Shown: positions 56,514 through 64,000 of the stretch, in pieces
How positions within the stretch are numbered: the first letter of the stretch is position 1
Layout: each line of letters opens with the position of its first letter
From: an uncultured virus (IMG/VR IMGVR_UViG_3300034012_002207)
Taxonomy: Duplodnaviria; Heunggongvirae; Uroviricota; Caudoviricetes
Direction: 5' to 3' (one strand)
IMG/VR virus record: IMGVR_UViG_3300034012_002207
Length of the DNA: 64,000 bases
Notes under the pieces: generated by a model
Told to the model about the DNA's origin: nothing
Seen by the model: the letters and a program-made list of their open reading frames with translations, nothing else
Database searches by the model: none
Made by a program: the position numbers and the translations under genes

Positions 56514-56813
56514 ATGAAAGTTACAATCACATATCACGATACAGAATCGTTTACTGTAGAAGAAGTAGTAAAGCAAGCAGTACATAACTATGGTCGCCAA
56601 GCTCAAGTAGAAGTCATGCCAGAATCTACAATGGCATACGACCATATATATTTTGGCTTACAACAGCTCGTAACACATGAACAGCTAAGTCTACTATTTG
56701 ACAAAGGTAGTAGTTATCAGCAAGATATTAAAAAGTTACGAGAAAATATTGTTTATAAAGTTACAGAAATTATAGACCAAGTTATAGTAGACAATGAATC
56801 TAAGGTAGGTTAA
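56514..56813 (+). CDS. hypothetical protein
   Basis: 99-aa ORF. Confidence 0.65.
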   Translation: MKVTITYHDTESFTVEEVVKQAVHNYGRQAQVEVMPESTMAYDHIYFGLQQLVTHEQLSLLFDKGSSYQQDIKKLRENIVYKVTEIIDQVIVDNESKVG

Positions 56814-56814
56814 T

Positions 56815-58191
56815 GTGGATGTATCCGCCGTAGTCTTAAATAAATTGCTATCTGAGCAGAGCCTAGATATATGGGCAAAGCTTAAGCTGGTGTTTTTAGA
56901 CCCGGCATACTCCTCTTTGTATAGTGTCATCAATAAGCACTATGAACGGTATAATAAACTACCTAACTTTGATGACTTAGAACTTACTATTAGAGAAGGT
57001 CCGGCAGCTAAAACTCTAGCTACACTAAAGCTAACTGAGTTACCCGATGTTAGTGCTGAAGTAGCCCTTGATGCTCTTATAGATCAGTATACTCAGAACG
57101 AAACTGTAAAATTATTAGATAAATTTGTAGACAAACTGCCACTTTACGACTCCAACGAAATAAAAGAAAACTTATCAACAATAGCCCTAACCATAGAAGA
57201 AAAGACTCATACTAGTGAAAAAGTATACACAATGAGCGATATTCTTCTATTCCGCAATCCTCAAGAGTTAGAAAAAGAACGTGTTTATCTTGGACTTAAC
57301 AATACTTTTGATGCTGTGCTTGGCGGCGTGGCTAGACAGGAACTCATACTCATCGGTGGTAAACGAGGTAGCGGTAAGAGTATTACTAGTAGTAATATTT
57401 TTATTAATCAGTATGAGAGTGGTAATAGTTGCCTTTACTTTAGCATAGAGATGACAGCTATAGAAGTAATGGAGCGAAACCTAGCTATTCTAGCTAATGT
57501 TAATCATCAAAGCCTAAAACAAAATAAATTAACTGATGAAGAAGTGCTTAAAGTAGTAAAAGCCAGAGCCGAGATGTTTGAAGATGCGGATCAAACCGTT
57601 CTAGAGTTTATGCGTCACAGAGATAGATTTAAATTTGAAGAAACACTAGTCAGAAACTATCGTCTAAAACAAACCAATCAAATGGTTATTGTTGATGATA
57701 GAGACTTGAGCATAGGTGCTATTGACTTGCACATTGGTAAAATGAAGGCTAGATTTGGCGATAAACTAGCTGTTGTAGTAGTAGACTACTTAAATCAAAT
57801 TGTTGCCGATGGTATAGACCAGTATGACTGGAAACCACAAATTGAGGTATCCAAAAAATTAAAGAATCTGGCTCGTAAGTATGAAATAGTACTAGTAAGT
57901 CCGTATCAAATTGATGCCAGTGGTGAGGCAAGATTTTCAAAAGGTATTCTTGATGCTGCCGATATTGCATTAGTAATGGAAGCACACGATAAAGAAAAGC
58001 AAGCAATTACCTTTGAAACTACTAAAATACGTGGCGGTAAAGAAATGCAGTTTACCTGTCCTATTGATTGGGATACACTACGTATTAGTCCTCAAACTAT
58101 AGAAAAACCAGAGCACGAAGAAAAAGTAAAACGCGCAGGAAAAACTAAGAAAACACAAGAACCAGTAGACGATCTACCTTGGAACACATAA
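56815..58191 (+). CDS. replicative DnaB-like helicase (D6)
   Basis: GGKRGSGKS, FSIEM, VVVDYLN, SPYQ, RFSKGILD. Confidence 0.9.
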   Translation: MDVSAVVLNKLLSEQSLDIWAKLKLVFLDPAYSSLYSVINKHYERYNKLPNFDDLELTIREGPAAKTLATLKLTELPDVSAEVALDALIDQYTQNETVKLLDKFVDKLPLYDSNEIKENLSTIALTIEEKTHTSEKVYTMSDILLFRNPQELEKERVYLGLNNTFDAVLGGVARQELILIGGKRGSGKSITSSNIFINQYESGNSCLYFSIEMTAIEVMERNLAILANVNHQSLKQNKLTDEEVLKVVKARAEMFEDADQTVLEFMRHRDRFKFEETLVRNYRLKQTNQMVIVDDRDLSIGAIDLHIGKMKARFGDKLAVVVVDYLNQIVADGIDQYDWKPQIEVSKKLKNLARKYEIVLVSPYQIDASGEARFSKGILDAADIALVMEAHDKEKQAITFETTKIRGGKEMQFTCPIDWDTLRISPQTIEKPEHEEKVKRAGKTKKTQEPVDDLPWNT

Positions 58192-59052
58192 ATGAGCGAT
58201 CCAGTACTAGAACTATTGCAAAAACAAGGATTAAGTTATACCGTAAGCGGCAGAGATTATCTTGTAAAATGTATTAATCCAGAGCATGACGATTCAAATC
58301 CTAGTTTTAGAATAGATCGAGTAACTGGAGTCGCCCACTGCTTTAGCTGCGGATTTAAAACAAATGTATTTAAACATTTTAATGTTTTTACAAATCCAGT
58401 ACCAATTAAAATAGCTAAATTAAAGAAAAAATTACGTGATCTTATGGTTACAAATACTGGACTAGATATGCCTCTAGGAGCTACTCCTTACACAAAGCAA
58501 TTTAGAGGTATTAGTCCAAAAACTTTAAAGAAATTTGAAGCATTTTATACAAATCAAGTAGAAAAACTTCAGGATAGAATAGTGTTTCCTATTTGGGACA
58601 TTACTAATAAAATCCAAGTATTTGTAGCCCGGCATACTATGAGCAATGGCAATCCTAGATATGTAAATTATCCTAGTGGTGTGCAGATTCCCTTATTCCC
58701 ACCACATATGCCGTACGAATCAACTAGCCTAGTGATGGTTGAAGGCATATTTGATTTACTAAATGTCTACGATAAAGGACTACACCCAGTAGTATGCACA
58801 TTTGGTACAAATACACTTCAAAACGATACACAGCTTAAACTATTACCATACAGAGCCCAAGGTATAACAAAAATCTACTTGATGTTTGATGGCGACGAAG
58901 CAGGTCAAAATGCTATGCAAACACTAAAACCACTAATTGAAGATTGTGGATTTCTAGTAGAAATTATAAATCTACCTGAAGATACAGACCCTGGCGAACT
59001 AGATCAAGAAACAGTAGACAGCATAAAAAATTATATTGGATATAACACATGA
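58192..59052 (+). CDS. DNA primase
   Basis: C..PEH.D..PS, CFSCG Zn finger; TOPRIM VEG.FD, FDGD.AG. Confidence 0.92.
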   Translation: MSDPVLELLQKQGLSYTVSGRDYLVKCINPEHDDSNPSFRIDRVTGVAHCFSCGFKTNVFKHFNVFTNPVPIKIAKLKKKLRDLMVTNTGLDMPLGATPYTKQFRGISPKTLKKFEAFYTNQVEKLQDRIVFPIWDITNKIQVFVARHTMSNGNPRYVNYPSGVQIPLFPPHMPYESTSLVMVEGIFDLLNVYDKGLHPVVCTFGTNTLQNDTQLKLLPYRAQGITKIYLMFDGDEAGQNAMQTLKPLIEDCGFLVEIINLPEDTDPGELDQETVDSIKNYIGYNT

Positions 59053-61331
59053 AGCGCGTAGCCTTAATTGACAAAGCACCAAATAGAACTAGATATTCTG
59101 ACTACTTTCTTTTTGAGTTTGAACACTTTCATATGAGTAGTGTTCCTATTACTAAGTTGCTCAAAAAAGATGTTGATTTAGATTTTGATCATGAACTGTA
59201 TGATCTAGTTATTCTAGTGGGCGCAGAAGCTGCTAAAGAATATGCTAAAGTTACCAGCGTTACTAACATGGCTGGGCAGCTAGTAGACGATAAGTTTGTG
59301 TGTATTACTAACCCGGCAATGCTTGCGTTCAAGCCAGAGGGTAAACCTGACTTTGAGCGTGCACTAGACAAAATCATCAAAATTTATAATGGTGAAGTTA
59401 AGCCACTACAGGCTGGCGACTATAAGGGTATTGATGATACTGTAGAGGCTAAAGAATTCTTTAGGGAGGTTTTGGCTGGTGCCCAGGGCGTGGTGTGTAT
59501 GGATACAGAAACTACCGCACTATATCCTCGAGATGGCTATGTGCTTGGCCTTAGTGTAACCTACAGGTCAAAACATGGCAGATACATTCTTACAGATTGT
59601 CTAGATGAAGAATGTATTCAGCTTATTCAAGAAATTGCTGATACTTTTGACATTGTATTTCATAATCTAAAGTTTGACTTTAAGATGATTCGCTATCATC
59701 TTGGAATTGACTTTAGACCAGACCATGTTCATGACACTATGGTTATGCACTATGTGCTTGATGAAACTGATAGTCATGGCTTAAAAGAACTAGCCCTAAA
59801 GTACACAGATTTTGGTGATTATGATTCTGCTCTAGACACTTTCAAAAAAGAATACTGTAGATCAAAAGGTATTCTAGAAGAGCAGTTTACCTATGATTTG
59901 ATTCCTTTTGATATTATCTCAGAATATGCAAGTATTGATACTGCTGTAACCTATGAGCTATATCAAAAGTTCTGGCCTATTATTCAAAAGAATGATAAGT
60001 TTTTGTGGGTATATAAAAATCTGTTAATCGATGGTACTGTGTTTCTCATGAATATGGAAGAAGTAGGTATTCCTATTAGTGTAAAAAGAATGCAGGCAGC
60101 AAAACTTTATCTAGACGATCAGATTGAAGAAGCAAAACAGGCTATATTTACCTACAAGGAGGTACAAGAATTTGAAAAAGATTCTGGTAAAATCTTTAAC
60201 GCTAATTCTGTGTTTCATCTACGTGAGGTACTATTCGACTATGTTGGACTACAGCCTACAGGTAAAAAAACTAGTACCGGAGCGGTTTCTACAGACGCCG
60301 AAGTCCTAGAAAAACTTAGTGAAGAACACCCTCTGCCAGGTGCTATCCTAAAGGTTAGGCAATTAGGTAAAATTCAAAATACTTATATCAATAAAATCCT
60401 GCCGGAGCTAGACAAAGATGGTAGAATTAGGACTAATTTTAATCTTATTTTCACAACAAGTGGCCGACTTAGTTCTAGCGGTAAATTTAATGCACAACAA
60501 ATACCACGAGATGATCCAATTATTAAAGGATGTATCCGAGCTCCCTTGGGCTACAAAATAATCTCGCAAGACTTGACTACTGCAGAGATGTATTATGCGG
60601 CTGTATTAAGTGCAGATAAAAACCTGCAACAAGTGTTTAGCAGCGGCGGAGACTTTCACAGTACGATTGCTAAAATGGTGTTTAATCTGCCTTGTGAAGT
60701 AGATCAGGTTAAGAAACTATACCCAGAAATGCGGCAAAGTGCTAAGGCTATTAGCTTTGGTATCCTATATGGATCTGGTGCTCAAAAAGTGTCTGTAACT
60801 GTTACAAAAGCTACTGGAAAGCCTTATCCAGTTAGACAGGCACAAGATGACATTGACGCATATTTTAACAAGTTTAATAAACTAAAAAAGTGGCTGGACG
60901 GTCGCAAACGGTTTATTGAAGAAAATGGGTTTACTTATAGCTTTTTTGGCAGAAAGCGTAGGTTGCCCAATGTGTTTTCTAGTGATAAAGGTATTGCAGC
61001 GCACGAGGTACGCAGCGGTATTAACAGCGAAGTACAATCTCTAGCCAGCGATATGAACTTGCTGGCTGCAATGGAAACTCAACAAGAAGTCAATAAACTT
61101 GGTTTGGATGCTAAAATATTCATGTTAGTACATGACTCTATTGTTGCGCTAGTTAATGAAAAAGATGTTGATACTTATTGCAAAATCCTAAAAACTAGAA
61201 CTCAAACTGATCGTGGGTGCAGTATTTCTGGCTCACCTATTGGAGTAGACCAAGATATTGGTGATGACTACAGTTTTGGATCTTTTGAGGAAACTTATGA
61301 ATTTAGGGGAGATCGTCTGGCCCGTATTTAG
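59049..61331 (+). CDS. family A DNA polymerase
   Basis: DTETT exonuclease, TSGRLSS, DL..AE, R..AK...FG.LYG, VHDS. Confidence 0.96.
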   Translation: MKRVALIDKAPNRTRYSDYFLFEFEHFHMSSVPITKLLKKDVDLDFDHELYDLVILVGAEAAKEYAKVTSVTNMAGQLVDDKFVCITNPAMLAFKPEGKPDFERALDKIIKIYNGEVKPLQAGDYKGIDDTVEAKEFFREVLAGAQGVVCMDTETTALYPRDGYVLGLSVTYRSKHGRYILTDCLDEECIQLIQEIADTFDIVFHNLKFDFKMIRYHLGIDFRPDHVHDTMVMHYVLDETDSHGLKELALKYTDFGDYDSALDTFKKEYCRSKGILEEQFTYDLIPFDIISEYASIDTAVTYELYQKFWPIIQKNDKFLWVYKNLLIDGTVFLMNMEEVGIPISVKRMQAAKLYLDDQIEEAKQAIFTYKEVQEFEKDSGKIFNANSVFHLREVLFDYVGLQPTGKKTSTGAVSTDAEVLEKLSEEHPLPGAILKVRQLGKIQNTYINKILPELDKDGRIRTNFNLIFTTSGRLSSSGKFNAQQIPRDDPIIKGCIRAPLGYKIISQDLTTAEMYYAAVLSADKNLQQVFSSGGDFHSTIAKMVFNLPCEVDQVKKLYPEMRQSAKAISFGILYGSGAQKVSVTVTKATGKPYPVRQAQDDIDAYFNKFNKLKKWLDGRKRFIEENGFTYSFFGRKRRLPNVFSSDKGIAAHEVRSGINSEVQSLASDMNLLAAMETQQEVNKLGLDAKIFMLVHDSIVALVNEKDVDTYCKILKTRTQTDRGCSISGSPIGVDQDIGDDYSFGSFEETYEFRGDRLARI

Positions 61332-61836
61332 ACTAGGAGAGCACAAGCCTACTGTTGAGGATGGGGTTGTGTTCTACTCTAAAGAGTACGTAGATAAAGA
61401 TTCTACAAATAGTTTTATAGGTTTTCGTCTTGTAGACGATAGAACTGTAGATGCACCGACCCTAGGGCTGAGACGATTGCACTTAAAATATCAGCTTGAC
61501 CAATCAAAACTGTTTCCTATTACTCGCGCAATATACTTCTTGGTGGATTTAATAAAATTAGCAAAGCCTACTACATGGTTTATAGACAACCATGGAAACT
61601 TATTTCAGTACAAAAAATCCACACGCGCCAAGCTGGTTTGCCGGAAGATTAAAAGGGTGTTACCTGCGACCAATCTAGGGTGTATTCTAGAAATTGAGGG
61701 TCTAGATCAGAGATTTAAGTCTCTCAGACATCCACAAAATGGTGAACGCTATGCTGGTATACTACAGTGGGGTTTAGGTTATATGTTATACGGCTTATAC
61801 TTGGATCAATTTAAAACTACCTACAGGCTAATCTAG
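61297..61836 (+). CDS. hypothetical protein (position between pol and D10 as in T5-like phages)
   Basis: GAGG RBS; WPVF.L, DD......LG.RRL. Confidence 0.75.
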   Translation: MNLGEIVWPVFRLGEHKPTVEDGVVFYSKEYVDKDSTNSFIGFRLVDDRTVDAPTLGLRRLHLKYQLDQSKLFPITRAIYFLVDLIKLAKPTTWFIDNHGNLFQYKKSTRAKLVCRKIKRVLPATNLGCILEIEGLDQRFKSLRHPQNGERYAGILQWGLGYMLYGLYLDQFKTTYRLI

Positions 61837-61839
61837 CAA

Positions 61840-63132
61840 ATGAAAGCAGTCATAAGTAATAAAATATACTTAAATGATCCAGGTGCAGAACTATCTAAAA
61901 AAATTATTGATACTCTTACCTATAAGTTTAAAAAAGATACTGGTAGTAAACATTTTAGTAGTATAGAAACTATTAGAAACTATAAAATAATTGGTAATGG
62001 TATTATTAGTGTTCCACAAGGCCGTAAAGATTTAATTCCTCAAGGCTGGGAAGTAGTAGATAAACGAGTACTTGTTCCTGCTCCGTTTCCAGACCCTAAG
62101 TTTGAGCTACGCCCAGAACAACAGGCCGTATGTGACGAGATTACAGATACCTGCTTTATTAATGCACTAGTAGGCTGGGGTAAAACATTTACCGCACTAC
62201 ATCTTGCTAGAAAGCTGGGTCAAAAAACACTAGTAATTACTCACACTACAGCGCTTAGAGATCAATGGTGTGAAGAAGTAGAAAACCTATTTGGTATTAG
62301 AGCTGGAATTATAGGTAGTGGTAAGTTAGATTGGGAAGATCATGCTATTACTGTGGCTAATGTGCAAACGCTTGTAAAGCACTGTAATACACTAAGCAAA
62401 GAATTTGGAACAATTATTCTAGATGAAGCACACCACTGTCCAGCAACAACATTTACACAAATTATTGACACTTTTCACAGTAGATTTCGCATTGCTCTGT
62501 CGGGAACAATGCAACGTAAAGATGGAAAACACGTCTTATTTCAAGATTATTTTGGAAATCATGTTATCAAGCCCCCACAAAGTAACACACTGGCCCCAAC
62601 GGTCAGGACAGTTAACACTGGAATCACACTTAAACATGGCGCTACATGGGTTGAAAAAGTAAATACACTAGCAAACGATACCAGTTATCAAGAGTTTATT
62701 GCTGGCATTGCTAAACAAGAAATAGAAACAGGGCATCAAGTACTTATAATTGCAGATAGGGTGGAGTTTTTACGAAATGTCAAAGAATACATCGGAGAAA
62801 ATTGTGTGTTGGTTACTGGCGAAACCGGGTTTGATGAGCGTCAGACGATTAAACAACAGCTCCTTAACCGTGAAAAAATGTCGATTGCTGGTAGCAGACA
62901 AATCTTCTCAGAAGGAATCTCAATCAACTCACTCTCCTGTGTTATCCTAGCAATACCAATGAACAACGATAGCTTGTTAGAGCAAGTTATTGGTAGAATA
63001 CAACGACAACATCCTGGTAAATTAGATCCACTAGTAGTAGATCTACAGTTTGCTGGTTGGGCTGATAAAAAGCAAAACAGAAACCGCCTAGGCTTGTACC
63101 TTAGAAAGGGCTGGCACATTGAAACGGTTTAA
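61840..63132 (+). CDS. SF2 helicase (T5 D10/UvsW-like)
   Basis: GWGKT, DEAHH, LSGT, EG.S, Q.IGRI.R. Confidence 0.92.
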   Translation: MKAVISNKIYLNDPGAELSKKIIDTLTYKFKKDTGSKHFSSIETIRNYKIIGNGIISVPQGRKDLIPQGWEVVDKRVLVPAPFPDPKFELRPEQQAVCDEITDTCFINALVGWGKTFTALHLARKLGQKTLVITHTTALRDQWCEEVENLFGIRAGIIGSGKLDWEDHAITVANVQTLVKHCNTLSKEFGTIILDEAHHCPATTFTQIIDTFHSRFRIALSGTMQRKDGKHVLFQDYFGNHVIKPPQSNTLAPTVRTVNTGITLKHGATWVEKVNTLANDTSYQEFIAGIAKQEIETGHQVLIIADRVEFLRNVKEYIGENCVLVTGETGFDERQTIKQQLLNREKMSIAGSRQIFSEGISINSLSCVILAIPMNNDSLLEQVIGRIQRQHPGKLDPLVVDLQFAGWADKKQNRNRLGLYLRKGWHIETV

Positions 63133-63190
63133 AAAATTTTGACTTGCAAAATGTTCTACAAAGTGATATAATATTATTTTACTTCAAAGA

Positions 63191-63592
63191 ATGATCTTCT
63201 TTTTTAACCTAAACAAATTAGAGTTTGCTACAAACAACGACCCTGAATATTTAGTTGCAGCTCTACATAAGTGTTTTCTTGGTATTCGGATACCTAAAAA
63301 TGCACGAGAAAAGTACAAACCTATTTTGGGGCTAGAAGCAGGCAGTAGTTATTTGTTAAATCCAAAAGCACTATTTGAAGATAAAATAACAGATGCAATA
63401 TTTAAGGCACAGTATATTAGGCTAGCTGGACGCAGAGATTATCTTTCCTATAAAACCATAAAACAAAAACATCTTGACTTAACCTTATACCCAGACTTAA
63501 ATATAGCTACAATTAAACACAATCCGCTATTAATAATTAAACACGCACATATAAAATTTATATACGAGGAAACAAATGGCACTCTCATTTAA
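63191..63592 (+). CDS. hypothetical protein
   Basis: own promoter at about 63144-63172; G.SYLLNP..L. Confidence 0.7.
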   Translation: MIFFFNLNKLEFATNNDPEYLVAALHKCFLGIRIPKNAREKYKPILGLEAGSSYLLNPKALFEDKITDAIFKAQYIRLAGRRDYLSYKTIKQKHLDLTLYPDLNIATIKHNPLLIIKHAHIKFIYEETNGTLI

Positions 63593-64000
63593 ACAAACCA
63601 AAGGCAAAGCACAAACATCTAAAGTTGAATCTTACGAGTACAAAGACGGAGAAAACTCTGTTAGGCTTATTGGTGGGGTTCTTCCACGCTATGTATACTG
63701 GGTAAAAGGTACTAATAACAAAGATATTCCTATTGAATGTCTAGCTTTTAGTCGTGAAAAAGAAAAATTTGATAATCTAGAAAAAGATTGGGTACAAGAT
63801 TCGTATCCTGACTTGAAGTGCTCCTGGAGCTATGCAGTTAACTGTATTGATCCTAAGGATGGAAAAGTTAAAGTACTAAATCTTAAAAAGAAACTGTTTG
63901 AGCAAATCCTAACTGCTGCAGAAGATCTGGGCGACCCTACTGACTACGATACTGGTTGGGATGTAGTGTTTAAGCGTAATAAAACTGGCCCACTAGCTTT
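63576..64000 (+). CDS. T5 D11-like ssDNA-binding protein (partial)
   Basis: MALSFKQTKGKA...GENSVRL.GGVLPRYVYW...LNLKKKLFEQI...LGDPTD; GAGG RBS. Confidence 0.8.
   Translation, partial: MALSFKQTKGKAQTSKVESYEYKDGENSVRLIGGVLPRYVYWVKGTNNKDIPIECLAFSREKEKFDNLEKDWVQDSYPDLKCSWSYAVNCIDPKDGKVKVLNLKKKLFEQILTAAEDLGDPTDYDTGWDVVFKRNKTGPLA

Noticed and set aside
59049..61331. Intron or intein in DNA polymerase
   Set aside because: Continuous ORF of ordinary length with no splice motifs noticed.

Overview
A 64-kb segment of a lytic T5-like (Demerecviridae-type) siphophage, read across the probable terminal-repeat junction. (1) 1-22183, minus strand: virion morphogenesis genes. These are a repeat-rich tail fibre, a fused NlpC/P60-gpI-TipJ tail tip, tape measure, frameshifted tail chaperones, tail tube, neck, a protease-capsid in-frame fusion, portal, HNH nuclease and terminases. 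(2) About 22250-28850: pre-early/first-step-transfer-like region with A2-like paralogs and highly modular spacers. The spacers carry leftward palindromic promoters and near-consensus sites for host DNA-binding proteins (sigma54, Fur, Zur, ParB/parS, SlmA, OmpR-like, OxyR-like). A structured ncRNA ending in a hammerhead ribozyme follows. (3) 28850-39200: early accessory genes (ThyX, cell-wall hydrolase, phosphoesterase, UvsE). (4) 36800-50900: 19 tRNAs, a circularly permuted two-piece tmRNA, several structured non-coding elements and a collagen/BclA-like cassette. (5) 52500-64000: T5-type replication module (D3, D2, PC4-like, split NAD ligase, D5, D6 helicase, primase, PolA, D10, D11). All calls come from reading the sequence and recalling motifs; no searches were run.
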